From the NCBI GenBank assembly GCA_945898515.1, contig CAMDIH010000002.1:6603-70602 (forward strand): DNA of 64,000 bases. Reading direction: 5' to 3'. How positions within the stretch are numbered: position 1 is the first letter of the stretch; the number at the start of each line of letters is the position of its first letter. The position numbers and the translations under genes were made by a program. Below, one piece after another: positions 56,094-64,000 of this stretch. Below the pieces are notes generated by a model, which was given only the letters and a program-made list of their open reading frames with translations, was not told where the DNA came from and did not search any database. This DNA comes from Candidatus Neomicrothrix parvicella RN1. Its GTDB lineage: Bacteria; Actinomycetota; Acidimicrobiia; Acidimicrobiales; VFJN01.

Positions 56094-56134
56094 CACCCAC
56101 CAGGGCTCTTCACAGCGGCGACCCTGGTAGGGCC
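56094..56134. repeat. 41-nt repeat, copy 2
   Basis: 'cacccaccagggctcttcacagcggcgaccctggtagggcc'. About 34 of 41 positions are identical to copy 1 by ungapped hand alignment. Lies 15 nt from the anti-sigma stop. Confidence 0.7.
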
Positions 56135-56149
56135 GCGGCTCGGCCCCAC

Positions 56150-56878
56150 TCAGTCGAAGTTGCCCTTCACCACGGCAGTGTTTGTGGACTTCGCCACGCC
56201 ACCCGCCGTCTCTTGGGTGACCGCCAGACCGGTGACGTGATCTCCCGCCTGGAACACCACCGCCCGGTCGGGGTCCGCTCCCAGCAGACCCAGCGAAATC
56301 ACCCCAGTATCGGTTACCCCCCACAACTGATACGTCTCCTCGGTCGTGAGGGCCGGGAGGGCCTCGGCGAGGAGATAGCCCGTCCCGTTCGACAGCAGTA
56401 CCGCATCCATGGTCATCGTTCCATCGGCGGAGGACAACGCCGCGACATTCGTGGGCATAATGGCCATATCAGACTGCGCCGACTCCAAGTCCTGGATACG
56501 GGTGTCCTGTTGCACCACTACCGCCCCCATAACCCCGATCAGCACGGCCGCCGCGATGCCCAGCACCGACAGCGCCACTCGGCTCGGTCGACCCCGCGAC
56601 ATCCGATCAGCGGCCCCCGCCGTCGGCAGCACACCCAGGCGCAGGGGCGGGGGTGATTCCTCTAGTTCGCCCACAATGCGTTCCCACAAACCCGCCGGGG
56701 CATCCTCGCCCGAATGGCCCAACAGGGCGGTGACCTCACGATGGCCGAGCACCTCCTGCGCGCAACGCGGGCAGACACCGAGGTGGTCATCGACCAGTTG
56801 GCGTTCAGTCTCGTCAAGGGCATGCAGGGCATATGCGCCCAGAAGCTCTTCAATGTCGTCATGCTGGTAGATGCTCAC
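56150..56878 (-). CDS. anti-sigma factor (zf-HC2 N-domain, TM, RskA-like extracytoplasmic domain)
   Basis: 'LVDDHLGVCPRCAQEV' HxxxCxxC motif and a central TM 'VALSVLGIAAAVLIGVMGAVVV'. GTGA overlap with the ECF sigma gene. Confidence 0.75.
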   Translation of the reverse strand: MSIYQHDDIEELLGAYALHALDETERQLVDDHLGVCPRCAQEVLGHREVTALLGHSGEDAPAGLWERIVGELEESPPPLRLGVLPTAGAADRMSRGRPSRVALSVLGIAAAVLIGVMGAVVVQQDTRIQDLESAQSDMAIMPTNVAALSSADGTMTMDAVLLSNGTGYLLAEALPALTTEETYQLWGVTDTGVISLGLLGADPDRAVVFQAGDHVTGLAVTQETAGGVAKSTNTAVVKGNFD

Positions 56879-57510
56879 CGGTCGGCTCCTTCCAGCCCCG
56901 CCGTAAGAAGGTCGCCGCGCAGTCGCTTCAACCCAGAGCGAATCCGGCTCTTCACGGTGCCTTCCGGCTGGTTGAGCAGGTCGGCTACTTCCCGGTAGGT
57001 GTGCCCACTGAAGTAAGCCAGGGAGATGGCTTGGCGTTCCATTTCCGGCAACCCGGCGAGGGCGGCCTGCACCTGGTCGGCCACCAGCAGGTCAACCACT
57101 TCGTGCTCGAGGTCGTAACCCGACTCCGCGGTGCGACGGGCGTCGCGCTCCTCACGCAATCGGCGAGACGACTCCGCCCGCAGTAGATCAACCGACCGAC
57201 CGTGGCTTTGCGCCAGCAGGAACGATCGCAGTGAACCTCGATCCGGATCGAACTTGTCGGGCTGGTTCCAGAGCCTCAGGAACACCTCCTGCACGACCTC
57301 CTCCGCCAAGTTGATATCGACCAGCAGGCGACGGGCCAGCGCAAAGACCGCCCCGGCATGACGGCGATACGCCTCGGCTAACGCGTCTTGGCGGTAGCGC
57401 GAGATACCCACCACGAGGACGGCATCGCCGCTGACGCTCAGATCATCCAGAAAACTCACACCCGAAGATTCGGCGCCGATGCCACCCTCGGATGAATCAG
57501 GCTCAGACAT
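56875..57510 (-). CDS. ECF-type RNA polymerase sigma factor
   Basis: Region 2 'EEVVQEVFLRLW' and region 4 'LAYFSGHTYREVADLLNQPEGTVKSRIRSGLKRL'. The ORF extends to 57537. Confidence 0.85.
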   Translation of the reverse strand: MSEPDSSEGGIGAESSGVSFLDDLSVSGDAVLVVGISRYRQDALAEAYRRHAGAVFALARRLLVDINLAEEVVQEVFLRLWNQPDKFDPDRGSLRSFLLAQSHGRSVDLLRAESSRRLREERDARRTAESGYDLEHEVVDLLVADQVQAALAGLPEMERQAISLAYFSGHTYREVADLLNQPEGTVKSRIRSGLKRLRGDLLTAGLEGADR

Positions 57511-58684
57511 GATCAAAGCGCGACACAATCTCGACATGGGACGTATGGGGGAAAAGGTCGATCAATTCGGCGTGACGCAGCTCGTACCCTGCCTCGGCCA
57601 GCAAGCGCACATCCCGGCCGAACGACGCCGAATCGCAGCTAATCAGGGCCAGTCGACCGGCCCGGGTCGCCGCCACCCGGGCCACCCCACTTGCCCCCAG
57701 CCCGGCCCGGGGCGGGTCGGCCACCACCACCTCGGCGCGGGCGGCGCCCCAGTGATCCACGTCGGTTTTCACGATCCTCACTCCCTTATCAGCGAGATTC
57801 ACCCGGGCGTCGGCCACCGATGATGCCCCAATCTCCACCAGGGTGACTGGCCCCGTGGTGGGCAGCGCGCCCGCCAAGAGTCCCACCCCGCCGTACAGGT
57901 CAACGAGGTGACCCCCCTCGGCCACGCCCGCCATGGCCGCGCTCACCGCTGCCACTAGCGCCTCAGCCCCGTCAGGCCGGGATTGAAAAAACGAGCGGGC
58001 CGAGATCCGCCAACGCCGTCCGGCCAACTCCTCGAAATACCAAGCCCGTCGCCCCGCCTTCAGTTCCCCATCGGTCACCACCCGCACGCCGTCGGGCACG
58101 GAAGTGCGGTCGTCGTCGTGACTTACCACCACCAGTCGCTCGCCGGTGCCCGCTCCGGCCCGCAACACAACCTCGCCATCGGGGAAGCGACCGTGGGCGA
58201 TGAGTTCCGCCAGCAGCGGGTGCACCACCAGGCAGGGATCCACCGGGACCACCTGGTGAGATGACCGCGGTCGAAATCCGAAACGCCCGTCCACGGCGAC
58301 CCCCCGAACCGAGGTGCGGTACCCCGTGGCGGGAAGATCGGGACCGAGACCGATCTCTAGCTCCTGGTGCGCCTGCCGCCGCAGGGCATCGGCCACCATG
58401 GCCGCCTTGAAACGACGCTGAGCGGTGGCATCGATGTGTTGCCAGTCGCAGCCCCCACAGCCCGCCGCCACAAAGCGGCAGGGCTCGGCCACGCGATCGG
58501 CCGAGGGCTCGATCACCTGGGTCACCGTGCCCCGGGCGAAGTCCTTTTTGGTTTGATGGATGCCCACCTCAACGCGCTCACCGGGCAACCCGCCGGTGAC
58601 AAAGGTGACCCGGCCAGAGTCGTCGCGGGCCAGGCCATCGCCCCCGGCCACCATCCTTGTAATCTCCAGCGTGACATTGTGCAC
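57503..58684 (-). CDS. TRAM-domain class I SAM-dependent RNA (uracil-5-)-methyltransferase (RumA/TrmA family)
   Basis: N-terminal TRAM domain, Fe-S cysteines 'CRFVAAGCGGCDWQH', SAM motif 'VDLYGGVG' and 'VVADPPRAG'. Confidence 0.8.
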   Translation of the reverse strand: MHNVTLEITRMVAGGDGLARDDSGRVTFVTGGLPGERVEVGIHQTKKDFARGTVTQVIEPSADRVAEPCRFVAAGCGGCDWQHIDATAQRRFKAAMVADALRRQAHQELEIGLGPDLPATGYRTSVRGVAVDGRFGFRPRSSHQVVPVDPCLVVHPLLAELIAHGRFPDGEVVLRAGAGTGERLVVVSHDDDRTSVPDGVRVVTDGELKAGRRAWYFEELAGRRWRISARSFFQSRPDGAEALVAAVSAAMAGVAEGGHLVDLYGGVGLLAGALPTTGPVTLVEIGASSVADARVNLADKGVRIVKTDVDHWGAARAEVVVADPPRAGLGASGVARVAATRAGRLALISCDSASFGRDVRLLAEAGYELRHAELIDLFPHTSHVEIVSRFDHV

Positions 58685-58710
58685 CCGCGAACCCTAGGCG
58701 GCGCGCGAGG

Positions 58711-59415
58711 ATGGAGCCGATGAGCGACCATCCTGGAACCGACCGGACCATCGAGATAGCCCCCAGTGTGCTCCCCGCCGACTTCGCCAAACTCGGCGAG
58801 GAGGTGGCGGCCCTGGAAGCGGCGGGCGTGGACCGCATCCAGTGGGACGTGATGGATGGGCGTTTCGTGCCGAACCTCACCTTCGGGCCCGACGTGATTG
58901 CCGCCTGCCGTCCCCATGCCTCGGTTCTCTTCGAGGCCCACCTGATGGTGGAGCAACCCGACGACCTAGCCAGCCGCTACGTGGACGCCGGATGTGGCTT
59001 GATCATCGTCCATGCCGAAGCCTGTGTGCACCTGCATCGAACCCTGGACCGCATCGCCGAACTGGGCGCCCGGGCGGCGGTGGCGCTCAATCCGGCCACG
59101 CCGGCGGTGGCCCTCACCGACGTGCTGGACCTCGTGGACCTCGTGCTGGTGATGACGGTGAATCCCGGCTTCGGGGGGCAGGCGTACATCCCCAGCATGG
59201 AGCCGAAGATCGCCGAGGTGCGGCGGATGGTGCTGGAGGGCGGCCACGACGTGGACATTGAGGTGGACGGGGGCATCGGCCCGAACACCATCGAGGCGGC
59301 AGCGGCGGCGGGCGCCAATGTTTTGGTGGCCGGATCGGCTCTCTACCGCGACCCCGAGGGTCTGACCCACGCCGTGAGCCAACTGCGCCAGATCGCTGAA
59401 TCCACTCGTCGATGA
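58711..59415 (+). CDS. rpe: ribulose-phosphate 3-epimerase
   Basis: 'IAPSVLPADFAKLGEEV', 'IQWDVMDGRFVPNLTFG' and 'VMTVNPGFGGQ'. Confidence 0.92.
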   Translation: MEPMSDHPGTDRTIEIAPSVLPADFAKLGEEVAALEAAGVDRIQWDVMDGRFVPNLTFGPDVIAACRPHASVLFEAHLMVEQPDDLASRYVDAGCGLIIVHAEACVHLHRTLDRIAELGARAAVALNPATPAVALTDVLDLVDLVLVMTVNPGFGGQAYIPSMEPKIAEVRRMVLEGGHDVDIEVDGGIGPNTIEAAAAAGANVLVAGSALYRDPEGLTHAVSQLRQIAESTRR

Positions 59416-59822
59416 TCAGGCCGACCGGCGTGGTGTCGCTCCTACTGCTGGCAGGGGCCCTCGCCTCCTGCACCAGCGACGAGGGGAATACTGAGGCGTT
59501 CTGCAACACGCTGGCGGATGGTCAGCAGTACCCCAGCGTGTTCGAGGGCTTCAACCCCACCGACGCCAACAACGCCCTCGAACGGCTCCGCATCGCCCGC
59601 GGGGACTTGGAGGAACTCGAGATCGAGGTACCTCGCGAGATCCGCGAGGACCTCCAGGTGGAAATCGACTATGTAGAGGCCCTCATCGACGGCATCGCCG
59701 CCCTCGGCGTGGGGGCCGATCCGGACGACCTCACGGCCACCTTCCAAGCCGTGACCACCGATCACCCCAAGGTGCCGGCGGCAGCGGCCGCCTTGGCGAA
59801 ATTCACCACGACGGACTGCTAG
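59412..59822 (+). CDS. lipoprotein, unknown function
   Basis: Signal peptide plus lipobox 'LLAGALASC'. ATGA overlap with the rpe stop. Confidence 0.55.
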   Translation: MIRPTGVVSLLLLAGALASCTSDEGNTEAFCNTLADGQQYPSVFEGFNPTDANNALERLRIARGDLEELEIEVPREIREDLQVEIDYVEALIDGIAALGVGADPDDLTATFQAVTTDHPKVPAAAAALAKFTTTDC

Positions 59823-59827
59823 GCGGA

Positions 59828-60403
59828 CTAGAAGGACTCGCCGCGTTTCGTGGAGACATGATCGATGATCCCGTACTCCTTGGCCTGCGGTGCAGTGAAC
59901 CAACGATCCCGCTCGGAGTCGGCCTCGATCTGCTCCACCGGCTGACCGGTGTGAAAGGCGATCCGTTCGGCCATGAGGCCCTTGATGTAGATCAGTTGCT
60001 CGGCCTGGATGGCAATGTCGCTGGCCTGACCCCGCACCCCGCCGGAGGGTTGGTGCATCATGATACGGGCGTGGGGCAACGCGAAGCGCTTGCCCTCGGC
60101 ACCAGCGCACAGCAAGAACTGGCCCATCGACGCCGCCAATCCCATGCAGATCGTGGCCACGTCGGGCTTGATGAACTGCATGGTGTCGTAGATCGCCATG
60201 CCGGCGGTGACCGAGCCGCCCGGGCTGTTCACGTAGAGCCAGATGTCTTTGTCGTCCTCGCCTTCGAGGTACAGCATCTGGGCGCAGATGATATTGGCGA
60301 TGTCGTCGTTCACATCGGTCCCCAGGATGATGATCCGGTCTTTCAGGAGACGGTTGTAAATCTCGGAGGTGGGGCTGCCCATCGCAGTTTGAGCGGCGGG
60401 CAT
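59828..60403 (-). CDS. clpP: ATP-dependent Clp protease proteolytic subunit (second paralog)
   Basis: '[18 protein letters not shown]', '[14 protein letters not shown]' and 'MMHQPSGG'. ATG at 60403; the longer ORF to 60793 crosses tRNA-Leu in antisense. Confidence 0.9.
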   Translation of the reverse strand: MPAAQTAMGSPTSEIYNRLLKDRIIILGTDVNDDIANIICAQMLYLEGEDDKDIWLYVNSPGGSVTAGMAIYDTMQFIKPDVATICMGLAASMGQFLLCAGAEGKRFALPHARIMMHQPSGGVRGQASDIAIQAEQLIYIKGLMAERIAFHTGQPVEQIEADSERDRWFTAPQAKEYGIIDHVSTKRGESF

Positions 60404-60487
60404 CGGGGGGAAGGATTGGTCGTGGCTCACCGTGATGAGGTTAGCGGTACGAGGCGGTACCCCCACGCCCTCTAGCATTGGCTGGTC

Positions 60488-60572
60488 GCACCAGTGGCGT
60501 AATCTGGCAGCCGCGCAAGGTTTAGGTCCTTGTGAGCTAACGCTCGTGTGGGTTCGAATCCCACCTGGTGCA
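60488..60572 (+). tRNA. tRNA-Leu (anticodon TAG), type II with long variable arm
   Basis: Acceptor GCACCAG/CTGGTGC, anticodon arm CAAGG-TTTAGGT-CCTTG, variable arm TGAGCTAACGCTCGT, T-arm GTGGG-TTCGAAT-CCCAC. Confidence 0.85.
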
Positions 60573-60662
60573 CCCCGCCATCGCTGGGGGGCGCTGATGC
60601 TCACCGACGGAGTATCACCGCCCCCCACCGAGCGCGCAGGGCGATGGCATAACGTTGGGCCC

Positions 60663-61667
60663 ATGCAGGTGCGCGACCTCCCCACCCCCGCGTTGCTCGT
60701 GGACATCGGGGCTTTTGACCGCAATGTGGCCACCATGGCGGCCCGGTGGCCGGGGACCACGCTGCGACCCCACGTGAAGGCCTTCAAGTCCACGGCGCTG
60801 GCCGCTCGCCTCGCCGCCCAGGGTCACACGGCGTTTTGCTGCGCCACGGTGCGAGAAATGGTGGGGATGGCCAACGCCGGCTTGGGCGAGGACCTGCTGC
60901 TGGCCAACGAAAGCCTCGACTTGCACCGACTCACCCCTGCCCTTCGCCGCGGCGCGGCGCGCATCACCGTGGCGGTGGACTCCGAGGCCACCATCGCCGC
61001 CGCCGTGGCCGCCGGGGTGACGGAGGTGCTCATCGACGTGGAAGTGGGTCTACCCCGCGGCGGTTGCCACCCGAACGACGCCGGCCGCCTCGCCGATCGG
61101 GCCCGCGCTCAGGGTCTCACCGTGCGCGGTGTGATGGGCTACGAAGGACACCTGATGCGAGAGCCCGACGACAGCAAAGCCCAACTGGTGGAGCGCTCCA
61201 TGGCCGTGCTGCTCGCGGCCCACGCAGTGGTAGGCGGCGAGGTGGTGTCGGGCGGCGGCACCGGCACCTGGGACACCAATACCTGGGTGAGTGAACTGCA
61301 GGCAGGCTCCTACTGCCTCATGGACACCGAATACGCGCCCCACGCGCCGGCATTCGCACAGGCGCTGTTCGTGAACACCACCGTGATCTCGATGTCGGCT
61401 AAGGGATGGGGTGTCCTCGATGCCGGGCTCAAAGCCTTTGGTATGGACCACGGCGATCCCACCGCCGTGGAGGTGGGGCCGATCTGGTTCGTGTCCGACG
61501 AGCACATCACTGTGGGGATCCCCGAGGGTTCCCCGGTGCGGGTCGGCGACCGTGTGCGGGTGATCCCCGCCCACGTGGACCCCACCGTCTCGCAACACGA
61601 GCGCCTCCACCTGATCGACGGCGACGAGGTGCTCGAGGTGTGGGACGTGGACCTGCGGGGCTGGTAG
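60663..61667 (+). CDS. PLP-dependent D-threonine aldolase / D-serine dehydratase-like enzyme (alanine racemase N-domain fold)
   Basis: '[17 protein letters not shown]...[10 protein letters not shown]' with a candidate PLP lysine. C-terminal '[15 protein letters not shown]'. An alternative ATG lies at 60597. Confidence 0.68.
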   Translation: MQVRDLPTPALLVDIGAFDRNVATMAARWPGTTLRPHVKAFKSTALAARLAAQGHTAFCCATVREMVGMANAGLGEDLLLANESLDLHRLTPALRRGAARITVAVDSEATIAAAVAAGVTEVLIDVEVGLPRGGCHPNDAGRLADRARAQGLTVRGVMGYEGHLMREPDDSKAQLVERSMAVLLAAHAVVGGEVVSGGGTGTWDTNTWVSELQAGSYCLMDTEYAPHAPAFAQALFVNTTVISMSAKGWGVLDAGLKAFGMDHGDPTAVEVGPIWFVSDEHITVGIPEGSPVRVGDRVRVIPAHVDPTVSQHERLHLIDGDEVLEVWDVDLRGW

Positions 61668-61692
61668 CACCCGGCGGGGCAAGCGCGTGGGT

Positions 61693-62244
61693 CTAGAGCA
61701 GCCGGGCCAGTTTCCCGAAGGCCCGCGACCGGTGGCTGATGGCGTGCTTTTCTGGGGCGGTCATCTCGGCGAAGGTGCGGCCGTCGCCCTCAAGGGGGGC
61801 CACAATCGGGTCGTAGCCGAAGCCGCCCGCGCCCCGGGGGGCTGGCACGATCCGCCCCGCCACCTCGCCGCGCACCACCACCTCCTGGCCATCCGGCCAG
61901 ACCGCCGCCGCCGCACACACATAGCGACAACCCCGCGCCTCGCGGGGCACCCCGTCGAGTTCACGAAGGACGCGGGGGATCCAGTCCCCCTCGGCGGTCC
62001 AGCGGGCCGAGTGGATGCCCGGCCCGCCTTGCAGATGATCGATCTCGATCCCCGAATCGTCGCCCAGGGCCACCTCGCCGGTGAGGGCGACCAACGCACG
62101 GGCCTTGAGCAAGGCATTGGCCTCGAAGGTGACCCCGCTTTCCTCTACCCCGGTGTCGGAGGCCACCACCACGTAGCGGCCGCCCAGGATCTCCTGTACC
62201 TCGGCCACTTTGTGGGCGTTGCCGGTGGCCAGCCAGAGACGCAT
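61693..62244 (-). CDS. rdgB: dITP/XTP pyrophosphatase (RdgB/HAM1 family)
   Basis: 'LATGNAHKVAEV', 'DDSGIEIDHLQGGPGIHSARW' and 'GFGYDPIV'. Its ATG overlaps the rph stop (TGATG). Confidence 0.9.
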   Translation of the reverse strand: MRLWLATGNAHKVAEVQEILGGRYVVVASDTGVEESGVTFEANALLKARALVALTGEVALGDDSGIEIDHLQGGPGIHSARWTAEGDWIPRVLRELDGVPREARGCRYVCAAAAVWPDGQEVVVRGEVAGRIVPAPRGAGGFGYDPIVAPLEGDGRTFAEMTAPEKHAISHRSRAFGKLARLL

Positions 62245-62984
62245 CAGCGAGGGGCGGGGGGCACGCTCAGCAGCTCGCGCTGCAAGGCAAAGATCTCCTC
62301 GATGCCGGCGGTGGCTAGGCCCAGCAGCGCGTCGAGTTCGGCCCGCGAGAAGGGGGCACCCTCGGCAGTTCCCTGCACCTCTACGAACCCGCCGAGCGAT
62401 GTCATCACCACGTTCATGTCCGTGTCGGCGGTGGAGTCCTCGATGTAGGGGAGATCTAATACCGCCACACCTTGCACGACGCCCACCGAAATAGCGGCGC
62501 AGAAGGCTTGGAGCGGGTTGGCGGGCAGGCTGCCGGCCAACACAAGGCGCTCGAGCGCGTCGTGCAGGGCGATGTAGCCGCCGCAAATGGATGCCGTACG
62601 GGTGCCACCGTCGGCTTGGAGCACATCGCAGTCCACGATGACCTGCCGCTCCCCCAGTGCCGCCATGTCGCACACCGAACGCAGCGCCCGGCCGATCAGG
62701 CGCTGGATCTCCTGGGTGCGCCCGGAGGGCTTGCCGTCTTTCACCTCTCGACGGATTCGCTCCGGCGACGCCCCCGGGAGCATCGAATACTCGGCCGTGA
62801 CCCAGCCCTTGCCCTTGCCTCGCATCCAACGAGGCACGTCATCGTCCACCGAGGCCGTGCACAGCACCCGGGTGTTGCCGAAACTGACGAGACAGGACCC
62901 CGCCGCCATGGCGGTGAAATCCCGTTCGAAGGTGATGGGACGCAGTTCATCGACGGCACGGCCGTCGGGGCGGGAAGCAGACAT
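62244..62984 (-). CDS. rph: ribonuclease PH
   Basis: '[19 protein letters not shown]...[18 protein letters not shown]' and '[14 protein letters not shown]'. Confidence 0.93.
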   Translation of the reverse strand: MSASRPDGRAVDELRPITFERDFTAMAAGSCLVSFGNTRVLCTASVDDDVPRWMRGKGKGWVTAEYSMLPGASPERIRREVKDGKPSGRTQEIQRLIGRALRSVCDMAALGERQVIVDCDVLQADGGTRTASICGGYIALHDALERLVLAGSLPANPLQAFCAAISVGVVQGVAVLDLPYIEDSTADTDMNVVMTSLGGFVEVQGTAEGAPFSRAELDALLGLATAGIEEIFALQRELLSVPPAPR

Positions 62985-63010
62985 GATCGCATCCTCGCAG
63001 GCGCAGGGCG

Positions 63011-63817
63011 TTAGTCCCAGGTGACGGGGTGAACCTCGTCGAGTTCGGGGCCCAGCAGCGTTCGGCCCAACTCCTGGAACCAGGCCACATCGCCGCTCGA
63101 ACACCAGTAGTGGCGGCCCGGCCCCGCCGAGGGCGGACGGGCCAAGGCCGTCCCCTGGAGGCGGCGACGGACCGCGAAGGCGGTTTCGTCGGCGGAGGAC
63201 ACCAGCACGACATTGCGTCCCATCACATCGCTCAACACGCGGGCCAGAAATGGGTAGTGGGTGCAGCCGAGCAGCAGCGCATCCACCTCCGCCTCCCGCA
63301 ACGGGGCCAGCAGTTGCTGCGCCAACCGCACCACCTCGTCGCTTTGGGTCTCGCCGCGCTCCACAAACTCCACCAACCCCGGACAGGCGACGCTGGTGAG
63401 TTTGAGGTCGCCCGCCAGGGTGGCCACGGCGTCCTGATAGGCCCCGGAGGCCACCGTGCCGACCGTGCCGATCACGCCTACCCGGCCGCTCTGGGTGGCC
63501 AAGGCCAGCGACCGCACCCCGGGCTCAATCACGCCGATCAGCGGCACGTCGACATCCTCTTGCAGTTCGGCCAGACCGGTGGCGGCGGCGGTATTGCAGG
63601 CCACGATCACCAGTTTCACGCCGTGGTGGTGCACGAGGTACTCGATGATCTGACGGGCGAAGCCCCGCACCTCGGCCTGGGGGCGAGGACCGTAGGGGTA
63701 GCGACCCGTGTCGCCCAGATACACGAGGTGTTCGGCGGGGAGCAGATCAATGAGGGCTCGGGCCACCGTGAGGCCACCGAATCCGCTGTCGAACATCCCG
63801 ATCGGTCGATCGTCCAC
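63011..63817 (-). CDS. murI: glutamate racemase
   Basis: '[17 protein letters not shown]', '[10 protein letters not shown]' and '[11 protein letters not shown]'. Confidence 0.92.
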   Translation of the reverse strand: MDDRPIGMFDSGFGGLTVARALIDLLPAEHLVYLGDTGRYPYGPRPQAEVRGFARQIIEYLVHHHGVKLVIVACNTAAATGLAELQEDVDVPLIGVIEPGVRSLALATQSGRVGVIGTVGTVASGAYQDAVATLAGDLKLTSVACPGLVEFVERGETQSDEVVRLAQQLLAPLREAEVDALLLGCTHYPFLARVLSDVMGRNVVLVSSADETAFAVRRRLQGTALARPPSAGPGRHYWCSSGDVAWFQELGRTLLGPELDEVHPVTWD

Positions 63818-63826
63818 CGCCCGAGG

Positions 63827-64000
63827 CTAGGGGGCGCGGGCCGCCCACTCGGGTTCCGTGGTCACCCAGATCTGCATGGAACTCCCCGCGGTGGGACCGG
63901 TGGTGGGAACGACCAGACCACCAAAGGTGTAGCCAAGTTTTTCCGGTACCCGGGCGCTGCGATGATTGTGTTCCTCGCAGCGGATCTCGAGGCGCGCCAC
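63827..64000 (-). CDS. C-terminal part of a GNAT (RimJ/RimL-like) acetyltransferase, truncated by the window edge
   Basis: Reverse translation '...IRCEEHNHRSARVPEKLGYTFGG...' ending at TAG 63827-63829. 'N..S..v.eKlGf' is typical of the GNAT C-terminus. Confidence 0.45.
   Translation of the reverse strand: MARLEIRCEEHNHRSARVPEKLGYTFGGLVVPTTGPTAGSSMQIWVTTEPEWAARAP

Noticed and set aside
55881-56324. 147-aa minus-strand ORF in and around the 330-bp gap between the methyltransferase and the anti-sigma gene
   Set aside because: It is Gly/Arg/Trp-rich with no motifs, it overlaps the anti-sigma 3' end, and it contains repeat copy 2. It is treated as non-coding.
59828-60793. 321-aa extended version of the second clpP
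   Set aside because: The extension runs antisense through tRNA-Leu (60488-60572) and is Arg/Gly/Pro-rich. ClpP homology begins near the ATG at 60403.
61693-62829. 378-aa extended version of rdgB
   Set aside because: The N-terminal half overlaps rph in another frame. RdgB homology starts at '[12 protein letters not shown]' (62244).
1-64000. Scan of the whole window for CRISPR arrays, rRNA genes, IS elements, transposases, integrases and toxin-antitoxin or restriction-modification genes
   Set aside because: I found no regularly spaced repeat arrays, no rRNA-like sequence, no DDE/HUH transposase or tyrosine/serine recombinase motifs, and no recognisable defence-system proteins in any frame. 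The only mobility signatures are the tRNA-fragment and 41-nt repeats reported above.

Overview
GC-rich, densely coding chromosomal window that looks actinobacterial (an inference from gene content and composition; no search was run). About three quarters is a housekeeping backbone, mostly on the minus strand. It contains nadD, a sigma-70 factor, class II DAHP synthase, sirA-cysH, a MoxR/vWA pair, proA, murJ, pspA, proB and obg. It continues with rpmA-rplU, rne, a radical-SAM pair, rodA-mrdA-mreDCB, ndk, folC, clpX-clpP-tig, an ECF sigma/anti-sigma pair, rpe, a second clpP, rdgB-rph and murI. Three accessory patches interrupt this backbone. (1) 21.8-28.8 kb holds only Tad-type minor pseudopilins (three TadE-like, two TadG-like) plus a four-HTH regulator, wedged between obg and rpmA-rplU. 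No Flp pilin, prepilin peptidase or secretion ATPase lies in the window. (2) 45.2-51.4 kb is a tRNA mosaic. Full tRNA-Pro, tRNA-Gly (two identical copies) and tRNA-Arg genes interleave with 3'-half fragments of tRNA-Pro and tRNA-Arg. These look like integration scars, but no integrase is visible. The cargo is a frameshifted membrane protein, SulP, a DUF4190 protein, a sulfotransferase and a signal-peptidase homolog lacking all catalytic residues. (3) 51.4-56.1 kb is a copper/arsenic islet beside tRNA-His/tRNA-Lys. It is bracketed by a 41-nt imperfect direct repeat and contains two truncated genes and an unannotated small ORF translationally coupled between an aquaporin and arsC. A long translationally coupled string (GNAT, TerB-AAA+, two binding-protein-like exported proteins with one vWA domain, a coiled-coil membrane protein, MurJ, PspA) is also worth a second look. 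No rRNA genes, CRISPR arrays, transposases or integrases were seen. All calls rest on reading motifs by eye; start codons are often uncertain because GTG/TTG starts and long shadow ORFs are common at this GC content.
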